A DNA stretch of 63,678 nt, the filler included, from Phoronis australis (lineage: Eukaryota > Animalia > Phoronida), in NCBI GenBank assembly GCA_002633005.1. It is 8 parts of 8 records of this genome, joined end to end, with 100 filler letters (N's around TTAATTAATTAA, not from the genome) between each part and the next. Parts side by side here need not be neighbours in the genome. Positions count along the whole stretch, not along the records: positions 32,078 to 57,637 come from NMRA01000412.1; 7 more parts are not named here. One strand, 5' to 3'. Within the stretch, counting starts at the first letter, position 1; each line of letters starts with the position of its first letter. Below the pieces are notes generated by a model. That model was not told the origin of the DNA. It saw only the letters and a program-made list of their open reading frames with translations, and did not search any database. Below are positions 36,520 through 49,410 of the stretch, one piece after another. A program made the translations under genes and the position numbers.

Positions 36520-36880
36520 CAAGTTCCTAGCGTTACCGAACGCACGCCTGGTGTTCTGGTTCCAAATCACGATGGAATGGCCCACATGAAGCCCAGACTT
36601 GAACCCTATCGAACACCACGAATGACCAACACAACCACTGTGGCAGGTGCTTACTGACTCAGGATTGGAATGCCATTCACACAGCAAGCGTCACCAGGCT
36701 AGTGAACAACTTGCGAAGGTGTGTTGCTGTTCGTTAGTGACTAGGAATGGTTCGTCAACTGAGAAGACTATCACTGTTGTCTATCAGTCAGACTGTCACT
36801 ACTACCTATAAGTCAGTTGTTCAATAAATAAGGTGTTTAAGTGTTGCCAAATTGCCATACGCTTTTATTGCCATGGAACC
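36520..36880 (+). pseudogene. Tc1/mariner transposase C-terminal fossil
   Basis: TMEWPT*SPDLNPIEH (36569-36616) followed by DWNAIHTASVTRLVNNLRRCVAV, the canonical Tc1 WP..SPDLNPIE motif with stop codons. Confidence 0.8.
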
Positions 36881-39308
36881 AGCACTGCAAGTGCTACTGA
36901 AAAAGCTGAATGCTCAAACACTTACCACATTTAGCTACAACTGAATTTGTTACATTCCCTATGAGACCAAGCTCCCTCTTTGGAAACAAAGTTATTGGCG
37001 TTGTGTGGTATCGTTGGAAAGGGTTGTGGGTTTTTTATCGGTATGCAATATAAATTAATTGAACTAAAAATTATAAAAACACGGGCAAGTGAACACAAAA
37101 TTCCAAACTTTTATTGATGTGTTTATTAGTCAAGTTACTGTGGGTAAAGGATTATTTAATTGCCATGATAGGTTATAATTTCTCTTAAATGTCCCTTTTT
37201 ATTGTTCTAAGGTTTCGGTGTTTTGCCTCAAGGAAGTGACAAATGCCCTAATTTGCATAAAATAGTTGATTGCCAATGATGGACAATGTTTAGTTTACGA
37301 TAATTAAATAAGATAACGGAGGAGGGTCATAACTCGACTAGTTTGAGTCTTGAAAGTCAAAGGGAAAAGAAGTTCTTTACGTTTTCGCTTAGCTAAGGCG
37401 CTTTGCCCCAGGCTAGTATATTTGTATATTTTTAAGCTGGTCAACGCCCTCTTGTGAAGGTTTGAGTAGTCTCAAGCCATCTTGTTATGTTTTTCTATGT
37501 CGATAATATTTTAATCTTTTAAAGATTTTAAACTTCACAAAACGATTTATTAAACATAAAATACTTAACTCTGGGGCTGCCTTTTACTAACCTAAAAACG
37601 AAAAACTCTTTTGTGGATTCGAGCTGTAAAAGCTATCTTTTAGTACGGCTTCAAACCCAAAAAGTGAACCCTGTCACAGGAGTTTATTCTGAAATGGTAC
37701 ACTGTACGTTTTGTTGGAAACCTAGCCTAGTAAACCATCAATGCGAGCGATACGCCCCGCATCACCCATCAACGTGAGCCCCACGCCCTTTCATTACCCA
37801 TGTACCCAAGGAACTTGAGCATTTTCATTTATACATCGCATCATAACATACTGGAAAAAAATGCCAGTTACTGACATGGGTGAGAACTTGTTTGATTTTT
37901 ACTACAATTTAATTACTTATTCTTATTTATCTATTTATTTATTTATTTATTCTTGTTTATTTACGCAAGTCCGTCAGCCATCATTTGCAAACTGAGCAGT
38001 TCAATGGTTGTTGTAGTTCAACAATGCTTCTCTACATCAATAGGTGTCGCCGTCTGCCCCTGATATATCTAAAGTTGATCTAAGCGAATATTGGGTGGTG
38101 CAGAGGAATTATGGAATTAATGATGTATGTAGGGCAATAAAATACTGGCCGAAATGAATTGAAATTTTAGTGACAGAAACTGGAAATTTTTAACGTGTTT
38201 GGCTTCTGAAATTGAATTCCTCCTTAAAGTTTAGTGTAGCATCCTCGTTTCTCCGAAGAAATACGACAACCAAAACGCTGCTGCGTTGTGTTTTTTATTT
38301 CTTGACAACAGTTTTGAGTCGATGCGTGTTCTTTCAGAGTCGTAGATAATTGTCTCGAGACATTGGACAAAAGAACAAACCTGGTGCTTTACAAAATTAT
38401 GATTAATGTGAGGCATTTGAAAACTGGTTTCGTCTGGACTACGGACTGAACGGGAGTACGTATGTTGACAATGCAGTCCTCACCAAGTGGAATCAACCAA
38501 TACGGGTAAAGAAATGTCACAATTTGTTCCCAGAAGTGTTTTAAAATACAATGCAAGAATCAAACACTTCCCGTTAGCGAATGTTAACAAGTTTTCGTGA
38601 ATCCACAAAATTGCAGTATTTCAGTTCGACAATCTGCCTTCCAAAAACTCGATATAGATTACATACTGTTATGTACTGACTCAACTTACTGAAATTACAA
38701 TTGATTTCTAAGTTTGTTAAAAATGCACAGTTGTTTGAAACTTTGTTCGACTGGTTGGCTCGACTTGGCGGGTTATTAAAGCCCAACTTCAACGGAATTT
38801 TGTTACTTTAGATGTATTAGGCTAACCAAATACCCCTAACAAAGCCTTAGTAAAATAAGAAAACGCAAGTTCAATCACGCAAGTGTAAGCCCGTCAAATG
38901 ATAAATGAATGTGCCTTTTCGTGCCATGTTGGGTCACAGCGAGATCCCAGCACAAACAGCAAAAGGTCGTATTGAACAGGGGTCAGAATAAAACACCATT
39001 GCGTGCGGGTGTTATTCGCAGCTGTTTGAATTAAAAGGTGATTCTCGCGGTGACGTAGACAAAAGCAAGCTATTACGTCTAACAGTTCGTTACTTTTGGC
39101 AATTTATGGTATTAGTGGGCTCAGAGCGATAATATTAACATACTGTAGTAACAAAATTTACCATTGAAGATAGGCTTTAAGGTCTTGGTCTTTTATCTGA
39201 TAAATACCCTGGGGGTCTTTTTGAAATGAAAAAATCACGAGTCAGAATGTGCGTCTCCGAATTTAGCGCGGTATATCCGGAACACTTCAAGTATTTTAGG
39301 AGTTTCGA

Positions 39309-40105
39309 ATTTCCCTTGGAGGTGAACGTGAGCTGCGCATGAGCGAACTGAAGTCACACGGCACTGCTCACTGTAACTTTCTACCTTGAGAGGTAGCACT
39401 GAAGAGTTAGGCTGCGGCAGCGGCCAATTTTTCACTGCCAAAATATTAAAATCTAAGGGTAGGCCAGGCTTGGGAGCATTTTTAGCTAAGTATTGTATGT
39501 AGGGCAAGTGGTTTGTTTGTTTGTTTGTATTTGTGAACATGTTGAGAATGAAAAAAATCCCACTTGCCCGGATGTTGCAGCACTCGTCTTCAAGATGGTG
39601 GCCCCTTGTTGCCATAGTGCATTGTTGGGTAGTGACTGAGAAATTGGCTGCGATTTCGGGTAGCCCTAAAACAAGTCAGATTTGCAAAAAAACAGTACTT
39701 TTGAACCACATTCTTGGAATAGGTATGAAATTTGCTTTCGGAACCTAATGTCCAGTTTAGTCGAGCATCGGCAGGGAAGTTGTGGTTTTGGGGTGAAAAG
39801 TACCGATTTTGCGGTTTTTGACGTTAGTTTCTTTAGCCCAGCATGGTTTTCAGTGAGAGTAAAAGGATCGAAAATACAAGACAAATTAAAGTTTCTGTGC
39901 TCATCTGTAGGACTTGCGATGCGAAATGACACAAAACGTTTCTTTCTTTGCATGCAGTTTTTGACAGAGGGAAGAAATGATGAAGAGTCCACTGACGACG
40001 TGTGTTCCGATAGGCAAGCCCTGTGAGAACTGTTCCCCTGAATGATTAGCCGTATGACCGAAATTCACACATGCGCGTACAACGTTCTCCTCCGAGGGGA
40101 AATTT
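39309..40105. mobile_element. Non-autonomous element with about 55-bp imperfect TIRs
   Basis: atttcccttggaggtgaacgtgagctgcgcatgagcgaactgaagtcacacggc versus the reverse complement of 40050-40105 (atttcccctcggaggagaacgttgtacgcgcatgtgtgaatttcggtcatacggc). Confidence 0.65.
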
Positions 40106-43100
40106 GAGGCTTTGAAAATAATCAGGCTTCTGCTAATGCTAAGTCTAGTAAATTCCCATTGCTTTTAGCATTACCGTTGTATATATTGATTACCGCGATT
40201 ATCTACGGAATTAACATGATTGTATTTAAAACCATTGTTCACTCTATTTTGCCTTTCCGCGAATTTGGAGCTGAAAGTGGATTAGCCTACTGTTTTGCAT
40301 TCCTGATATCATATTGTCCCCGGTAGTTAGTCATTGTCAAGATAATAATGTAATTTATTACTATTATAAAACCATTCTAAAATCTCCTTTATCGTTCTTT
40401 CTATTTTTGAAATGAAGGTTCCTACTTTTACAAATGCGTGCTGCCATAGTATTTCCCATGTATTTAATTATAACCTCGACAATCAAAGCACATGTTCCAT
40501 CATTTTATTTAAAACCATTGTGCTGTCTATCATATCTTTCTGCTAATTGTATTGTGAACATGTTCTTGTCACAAGGCTGATAACACGTAGGTTTAATTTT
40601 CACTTTTGAGAAAGAAGCCAATTGAGAGGGGTTCTGCATGATGAGACATTGGGCAACTGGGTAATGCATCGAATTAATCGATTCCAAAAAAATTACACAC
40701 CTAAAAGACTTTGGACATGGATTAGATCAACGCAGCCCCGCACTCTTGTCCCTTCAAATATTGAAAATGGCGGAATCCAACACAAAGTTTCGCACCACAC
40801 AAGGTCATTGCTTCTGGAGGAGTAGAAACATGTACACGTTTATGGTACAGGCGCCTCAAAAGCCGCTGTGAGTGCGGGGTCCCAAAATGCGCGAGACCCG
40901 TAGCATATGATGAGTTCTGTTACGTTCTTAATCCGGCAATGATAGATGGCATAAACATGGAAATATTCTCGACAATTTTAACATCCTTAAATTGTGCTTG
41001 GCACGTTTGAAATTAGTTTCTACCAAAAGGATTTCGTAAATAGGTAGTATAATAGATAAAGCGAGCTAAATACATCTATAAGTTACCCACATTCCATGTA
41101 CGTTGTGCTCATGTATTCCTTATCACCCCGGCCAACCCGCGATCGACAACGCCCGGAAGGCGATCGAGAACGAAATTTGACCCGAGAAGCGAAGCCAGGC
41201 AAGGTGAGTAAATTTCATGAATTTTTGTTGTTTTTACCTCCAGTGTGAAAACAGAGACATATGTTCAAGGCGTAACACATTGAGGATGGACAGGTAGAGG
41301 TTTAGGCTAGTGTCTCTTGCAATTATTGGAGAAAAGTTACGTTGACCCCAGGCATCGCATGAGCCGAATGTGATTTGTATGTCATTTTGGCAAATTGCAG
41401 TAATTTTTGGCACTAAATCAATAAATTGACCATGAAGTTATGAAGAAATGACGTGTGAAAATATAACGCAACGCTTGTTTTTTTTTTTTGTAGTTTTGGA
41501 AGGATCTCTGATTTTTCGACACTTTTCTGTTGAAAGATGCGATCGAGAACGCAAAAATAAAAGATCGGGAACGCAAATTTGGTTTTTGTTTATGCGATCG
41601 GGAACTCGGCGTGGTGTGTCGAACAATAATGAACTTTATACTTGCAAAACGTAAAAAAGTTACAAAATAAGCGTGATGAAATGAATTAATCACATTTTGC
41701 TTCATTACTGTGTTACTTTCGTATCAAAACTAGACAATAGCATAGCATATTACCATTAAATGGCCATGAGCACTACATGTACATCAAGCATGCTATTTTA
41801 GTTATAGATATTTTCACAAATGAATTTATTTTCATTTCAGGAAACAAGTTCACTGTTACAAGATGTTACCCACGACGGTACATTCTACTCAGACGTCTAC
41901 TTTTAGACGAAACCACTGGGAACAAGGGATTCTAAACTGAAGACTCACCCAGGAGAAGTTCCGTGCTGCATGTCAGTCAGGGGTAATCAAATTGTTGCAG
42001 AAGATGAAAGCGAATGTCGAATGTTCTTGCAAAATTGTGACAGCAAAAGGAAAAAAAAAACAAATAGCCAGTGAAGTCAAAGAATGATGATGAGCTTGCC
42101 CATGGGGAGAGAGAGGAGTGCGGCAACACCATTCACGAGATGATTCAGATTCCCACTAATGAATGTCTGGGATCTAAAAATTGGCCAGAAGTTGTGTAAG
42201 CTGATGGGCTGATAAAACGGGTTCGATAAAGAGACGAACAGATTGACTTGTGGCACCCGTGTGGCTTGAATGTACATTGTGTTTGACTATTTTGTTTTGT
42301 AGTCTTGGTCCTAAGTTCACCTTGTACCTTCAGTTTATGAAATCCAGTTCAATGTGACATTGAAAAAGATTGAGACAGTTATAATCACGTGCTATATTGT
42401 GATTTTCTCAAAACGTAGTCAACATGTTGTCTTTAGCATATCTTCAATTACACGCTGTGTGATTTACTCAGGAAATCAACAACAAATAGCATTTCTATGA
42501 TATTATTAATCTTTTATAACACATACCGGGTACCACAAAATCGGTCATACAAAAATATATAAAATGTTGCTTTATGAAAATCAACGTTACACATCCATTG
42601 AACATTTCCTACGAATTACTTTTGGAATGTATTAGACTAAATCATCACTGAATCATAGACAATGTATTTCAGACTGATTGATAGTATGACAGGGCACGAC
42701 GCTATGAAAATCGCAAGGTCTTATTTTGTGACCAAGACAAAATCTTAGGTAACATTTTCAAAATCCAGCTCGCATTCATTAATTCCAGGTCGCGAAAATT
42801 TCCCGCCATTTTTACGGATCAAAATTGTCATCAGAAAATGCTTAGATTATGCTCTTACGACGTTAAATACTCACAAATTTCATGTCGCAAAATTAAGTTC
42901 TTACAAGCATATCATGCATGCACGGCGTTACCATTCTTCACTACTGCCATTCAGTAAAAGACCCTGGAGCGCAAGGCAGTTGCCCACGTGAAAGTCGAAT
43001 CACTGCACTCTAACCGACACATGCATTCGATTAGGTAATCGTGCAACGTGAAAAAGGAGAAAATATTCGTTGAAAAAGTATCCGCGACTTTTCTAGGATT

Positions 43101-45959
43101 GACTTGCTATATGACTGTCATCAAAGTTGTTAAAGATCCAAAAATTGATAACTTTGAGTTCAAATTCCTTCCATTTGTTTGCAGGCCAAACTTTGCAACT
43201 TAACTTGACGTTTGAAAAAACATCCTTTCGGGAGAAATCCGTGAAACGTTGCCCTAATCGCTGAATGACGTATTTATAAGCGGAAACAATTCATTGCAAA
43301 TTTCACAACAAAAATGTGGGACTTGTGCTGTTTACGTATAATTCAACAATTGGTTTTCCATGAAATGAAAAGCCTCGAAATGATTTCCGACTGGGTGCGG
43401 GTTTCCATTATTCTGCCGACAGTATAGGCATGTCCGACGTTTGGCGATTAATTCGGTTGTCATTTTCACGTTTGCTGTCTTTCCCGATAAAAAACCAGAC
43501 GCTCTTTTCCAAGTCACGATCGTTTCCCGGGACCGCTTTCCGGCGCTAACAGTGGAACCGACCAGTGCCGCAGTGCGATATCAGGCAAATTGCCGTTGGT
43601 GTTGCCGTAATTTGATATTAAGGACACCTTCCATGAGAAATAAATGTTTTCCACCATTAAGCTTGGTAAGTTCGTCGATAGAAACACCGCTGCATTCTGA
43701 CGTTTTATCACGTGTTATTCCGAGGTCCGAAAGATTCTTCGGCACATCCGGAAATTTGCAAGAAAACGAAAATATTGGCCAATGAAATGCACCAAAGACC
43801 AATTCTCCATTCCCATGTTCACGCGAGGGCCCCACGCTTATGTCAGTTGCCACGGTTTAGCCCTTACGCCTGAAAATTTTGGCTCCCCCCTCTCTTGTTG
43901 CGGGCCTGATTCATCCGTTGAAGGTACACTGATTTGTTAAAATTTCGTATAGCTTCTTTGTTACATTTTTAAACTTGTGCAAACTCCAGCTTCCCAAAAA
44001 ATTATTCCATATGTGATTGGAGATCGAGTGGGTGGCTAAATATGTTCAGTCAAATTTTTCCTGAAGCGTCCTTTTTGGATCAGAGGAGGATAAAAAATAT
44101 CGGTTCCTTGTGTTTTGTTTGTTATAACGTGTACGCTGTCCAAACAATATTGGCAAATCACATTCACGATATGCCGCAAAATAATATTCTAGATTAGTGG
44201 TGCATTTTCTCACTTGCCCCACCTACAAAAACTGCCAAAACCGCCACTGTGGAAGCCCCTTCCACACGGTGCGCCAAGAGGTAGTGAGACGTTGACGCAT
44301 GTTGATGCAGTACACAACGCGTTTCCTTTTTAACTCGGCTCAAACTCAATTAACTCAATCTTGATACGCTAGTTTATACACAGGTAAACACTGCGCAGTG
44401 GTACGTTTCGTCACTCAACTATGGAAACGTAGAAAAATTTGGCCAAACCAAGATCACAGGTCACTCTGTGATCATTATGTGGTTTACTTATGTGTTGGCG
44501 GTACCACTGTCTTTCGTTTACTATTAACAGATATTTGATTACCATGCATTGTTTAGATTATTACATTATGATTTGTGAGAAAGTGCGTTCGTGCGCCAAA
44601 CTAACAGTGACACATCTGTTTAACTTATTTGCTTGCAGTACACAGCGAAAACTCGCGATGTCTTGCAAGTTCTTGCTCTTTTAGCAAGAAACTAGGTCTA
44701 CGGAATGCACGTCAGGACTCCAATGTCGGCAAACAGTCCCACAGAACGTCAAAAGTATAGGGGGAAGAATTTTAGATTTTGTAACTGTATATTCTCAGTA
44801 GTGCATTTTCTCCTTCTTTTTTAATTCAACTATTTCTTTGACCTTAGCATTTGGATTGTTAGAAATCGTTGAACTGTGTAGCTGTCGTATAATTACGACG
44901 ACCTTGAACCAAACGAGTAAACAAGCATCTTTAAATACAAACTTAAATCGAACGTGTACGTTAAAAACGGTGATTAGTGACTACACAAATGAGCTTAAAA
45001 CGACTGGTGAAGATACTATTGCAGTCATTAATTTTCGAGTAATATCATTCGAAAGTTATGTTTTAGCGTAACCAACATGCAAGCTCTTGACCTTTTAGAC
45101 ATCCGACACGTATTACGTATGTTGACAAATTTAAGAATGGACGCCGTAATTTCTGGTTATTACTACATGAATATTACAGAAACGTTTTTAAAAATCGTTA
45201 TAACAAAGATGTTGCACTCAAAAAGTAGCCGACTCGCTGAGAACTAGCTTACAGTGTAAGTTAACGAACAGAACGTAGCAAAGAATTCAGCCCCTCTCAA
45301 ATCAAAGTCAAGCTTAACGGAGATCTTTAGGTATTGATTCCCATCTGTAGCATGAGAAAATGTGTCATCTTTTTGTAAGCTTGTCAGTTATGCGCTTTAT
45401 AAATATGATCTTATAATGGAAGAATATGCTAAATGTTTATACACTAAAAAGCATTTATCTGCTGTTGCTATATTTGGATCTGTAAACCATTCATTGAAAA
45501 TCGAAAGTGAAAGATGTTTAGGAACCCCAGGAGAAGGGCGTTCTAAAAGAGTAGTTGAAGAATGAAATTCATTTTTACTTGATTGTCCTGCATAGGCTTG
45601 TGAATTAGGAAAGTTTTTTAATTATATGAATGTCTGAAGAAAAAGTTTGGTAATTAGCTAACCAATAACAACTCACAAATAATTATGATGACAATTTTAA
45701 TAAAGGATTTCATGACTTTTGTGTGTTGTCAGCAGAACGCATGTCAATCGAGATTATCTTTACACTTTAAATGACGTTCAAAATTCGTTTGTTTTTAATG
45801 AATCGATGAAGGGCTTGAATAATTAGTTTTTACTGGTGTAGAGGTGTGACTTCATTTGCAAGGATACAATACCGTTTCTGAATTCAAAATAGTTTTTTCC
45901 GATTCAATTTTAATTAATCACATGAACAACTAACATAACACTATAGTCGAGAAGAGTCA

Positions 45960-46045
45960 CTTTCCGAGATCAGCCTCAGGTGGGAATCGAACTTTACAAA
46001 TTCTAGAGTCGCAGGCAAACGGTTTGTTTGCTGCGCTTCATCCCA
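45960..46045 (-). mobile_element. Decayed tRNA-derived SINE head
   Basis: Minus-strand B-box-like GTTCGATTCCC; A box and cloverleaf are degenerate. Confidence 0.3.
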
Positions 46046-46791
46046 GTATCAGTACGTGGGAGAGAATTTCAAGCATACTTCAATGATGAAATCATAAAAC
46101 TTGATTTCAACGAATGTCTGGCAAATAATGGCGGTAATTGGAGATTTGTAATAAAATCGTGAAATACAACGAACAATCTTGTGTTTTTTAGATCTGTTGA
46201 AGCTTGTAAGTTCAAAAATTTCATCCCACTCAATCCCAAGTTGCCTTTGTCGGGGAGAAAATGATAACGTCCCTTTTACCAATAAATTTTGTTTTGATGA
46301 CGATAAAAATCTCAAGTATCCAATAATATTGATTAAGAATTTCAAGAGCGACAATTTCAATGAAAACGAACACTATGATCACAGTTATTTCATAGAAATA
46401 TGAAAATGTTATTGACGTCGTGAATAGAATTTTGATATTGAAAATAGAGAACAGGGCACAATCTTTACAACACGTGTTTCACTCGAACAGAAATGTGAGA
46501 AAGTGCGTATTAAGATGATAAAATGTCGCCGCGCACAACTACGCACAGGTAAAACAGGTCTGTAAAAAAGGTAAACGCACGTATTTTACAGTATAACTAC
46601 AATGATCATTCAAATACACGAGACCTTCAGGTACAAATTGGATTATTTAGACAAAATACGTCTAATATCACTTTGTCATCTGCACACAATGTTACATACA
46701 GACTTCAAGAATTTCAAACAGTTATTTCACAAAACATTTCATCAAAACATTATCACAAACATTTATTCAACCAGGTGATGGTACAGGTGTG

Positions 46792-48603
46792 TTAAATTAG
46801 ATTACAAATAGGCGGCGCAGCATAACTAAACTCCTTCACATTACCTCCCAACTCCAGTACATACACCCGCCCTGGGCCTGATGGACATATGGCTGTAGGC
46901 CTGCAGACATCACCCCTCGTGGTGATCACGTGTGTACGTGCAGGGGTCAATAGATGGATACAATGTTTGTTCCAGTCAGCCAGGAGAATGTGGCCGAACT
47001 GATCCACACACACACCGCGCGGCACACACAGTCCATCACTGAATGTGTGTATAACGGCCGGCTGTGTGGGGTCAATCACGTACACACGTGGGGGGTAGTG
47101 CTGGCTCACCACCACATGTCCAGTGTTCTCATCCACACATATATAGTGTGGTGAGAACTTACTCAGACCCAGGGAGGGGGCGTCTATTTGATGATGGACC
47201 TTACAATCAAAGTCGGCGTACAACACCCGTCCACCGTCTCTATCCGCCACTATCAGCTGGTCGGTGTGACATGTAATACACCCCTTACCTTTATACACAC
47301 CTGGGTAGACCTTCACCTGTTGACCTCTGGCGTCATACTTGACAACACCGTGAATGTCGCGGTCGGTGATGAAGATCTCACCAAGTCTATTACATGTCAC
47401 ATCACGAGGGTCCTGCAGTCGGTGCTGGGCGGTGTTTAACGTGAATTTGAATGACAAGTTGTTTTTATTATACACCTTGACATTGTGGTTGTTCATGTCC
47501 GTTACAACCACCACCCCATCACTCACTGCCAGCCCATAACATCTGCCTCCCCTCTCCCCCTCAAGTAGACTGCTAAATCTCCGCTCAAGTTGAACATGCT
47601 TAACAGCCAGTTGAGGGGTCACACGGTGGACAGGTGATTTACTGGAAACTGCAACAACTGAGGCAAAATTTTCAAAAACATTGGATGAAATATTTTCGTC
47701 TTCCATTTTTTTCATAATATTCACAGCTACATTTGGAACTGCAATTGTTGCAGGTTGGATTTCAAAGACTGATTTTTCAACCCGCTTCTGGATTTGATCA
47801 ATATTCAAGTTTTTAAGAAGAGACTTAATCTCATTAAATTGTTGCAGTTTCTCAGCGTCATGACACGACTCAAGAACATTATTTACATAATCATATACGC
47901 TAGCAAACTTCGCCCTGTTCTGTTCAGCCTCATCACAAGCAGCTTCTGCCTGTTTTCTCGCCGTCTCTATTTGTTTTTCCAACTCAGCAATAGCTTTCTC
48001 TTCATTAACTTTGACTTGACGAGTGATCTCTGCCAGGAAATCACTGTATACACGTTTTATCTCATTCTTACAAGCTTTTTGTTGCTGGGCATAACTTTGT
48101 GCAACTTGCTGTCGTTTATCGCGCAACATTTCCCAGTGCTGCGTAACATCTTGCCAAGGTTTCAACAAATCACGCATCACCTCAATGGCGTCTTTTGCAG
48201 CAACGTCTAAATCTTTCAGTTTGTGTTGATTATGACTTGAAGTTACACAGCGTAAACATATGGCCACCTTGCACTGTTCACAGTACAGTTCCAAAACTCG
48301 GCCTCCATGAGCTGAACAATGCATTTTGTTCATGTTGTCATAATTCGAAACAATGTCACAGATACCGACATGAATAAAGTTATGCTTAAAGCCACTAGCA
48401 CGTTCTCTTGGAACAGCAAATTTTGTTTTGCACAGTGGACATGGAAATTCACCACTTTGCCCCTGTTCTGTCATGTGACTGTTCAAGCAATCTTCACAGA
48501 ATGAGTGAAGACACGGCAAAATCCTCTGGTCACTGGATCTCTCAAAACACACGGGGCACTCTACCAGTCTACGTAGCTGAGCAACTGGATCATTAGACGC
48601 CAT
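46792..48603 (-). CDS. TRIM-NHL E3 ubiquitin ligase (RING, single B-box2, coiled coil, NHL repeats), 603 aa, one coding exon
   Basis: ATG at 48603, just after acceptor tttgcag. RING CPVC..LPCLHSFC..C..CPLC; B-box CSAH..LYCEQC..IC..C..HNQH; NHL-type repeats such as DPRDVTCNRLGEIFITD and PRGVCVDQFGHILLAD. AATAAA at 46767-46762. Confidence 0.95.
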   Translation of the reverse strand: MASNDPVAQLRRLVECPVCFERSSDQRILPCLHSFCEDCLNSHMTEQGQSGEFPCPLCKTKFAVPRERASGFKHNFIHVGICDIVSNYDNMNKMHCSAHGGRVLELYCEQCKVAICLRCVTSSHNQHKLKDLDVAAKDAIEVMRDLLKPWQDVTQHWEMLRDKRQQVAQSYAQQQKACKNEIKRVYSDFLAEITRQVKVNEEKAIAELEKQIETARKQAEAACDEAEQNRAKFASVYDYVNNVLESCHDAEKLQQFNEIKSLLKNLNIDQIQKRVEKSVFEIQPATIAVPNVAVNIMKKMEDENISSNVFENFASVVAVSSKSPVHRVTPQLAVKHVQLERRFSSLLEGERGGRCYGLAVSDGVVVVTDMNNHNVKVYNKNNLSFKFTLNTAQHRLQDPRDVTCNRLGEIFITDRDIHGVVKYDARGQQVKVYPGVYKGKGCITCHTDQLIVADRDGGRVLYADFDCKVHHQIDAPSLGLSKFSPHYICVDENTGHVVVSQHYPPRVYVIDPTQPAVIHTFSDGLCVPRGVCVDQFGHILLADWNKHCIHLLTPARTHVITTRGDVCRPTAICPSGPGRVYVLELGGNVKEFSYAAPPICNLI

Positions 48604-49227
48604 GTCCTGCAAACAGAAAATAATTATAATCACTCAAGACATATTTCAGCTTTAAACGGTGTTTTTCAATGAACTAACCTTGGATAACAAAAAGANCCGA
48701 AACCCTATAGTCGTCCGCCTAAGCATAAAACCGGCTTGTTGTCTTACTCACCCAATTATTCCACTTCAAAGTTATGATCTGAATAGGACTTGATTTAACT
48801 CTCACAAATATATAGTATTCGTTGATTCAAACGTTTTCTTTTACTTAAGCCGAGTTGTTCAACTGTGCATTGCTTTTCGGCAGCCATTTTATAATGACAC
48901 CTATGGTCGTGGCAGCGCTGCACGCGAAACAAGATGGCGGACGACCTTTGGAGACTGACGACAAGAGGTAATCGGACTATACAACTCTGAAAGGAACATT
49001 CTACTTTTCAAAAAACTTGACAGCATTCTTCAACAAACATTTCTATATATGCCTATACAGCACCTAGGGGCAACGCGTACGCGTTCTTCTGCAACATTGT
49101 TCCTCAGTTAATTCCAGAGTAGAAGTCTCAAGATCGGTGCGGCTTAAAACAGTATCGTGGATGATAACATGACTCAAACTTAATCTTTACAAACTTTCAT
49201 TTCAGATTAGTGATAGCGTAAACTTAC

Positions 49228-49410
49228 TGAAACAAAACGAGTGTCGGCAGTTTCCCGCCTAACGCTGAACAGAGAGCTCGGTCGACACGTCCGACTGCTA
49301 TCAAATACCTTCGTTGTCTGCGCTAACAGCGTCACGCACGTTTATTCATAGCAATGACTCATATTTCTCTGGCGATTTTCCAAATGCCTGTGATCAAAGC
49401 GAAAGTACTC
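49228..49410 (-). promoter_or_regulatory. Putative non-coding first exon and promoter of the TRIM gene
   Basis: Donor GTAAGT at 49227-49222. TGACTCA at 49355-49361, GGCGATTTTCC at 49371-49381, AAAGCGAAAGT at 49396-49406. Confidence 0.4.

Noticed and set aside
43330-43910. Cluster of overlapping short ORFs next to a hAT-like end
   Set aside because: No recognisable domain motif in any frame.
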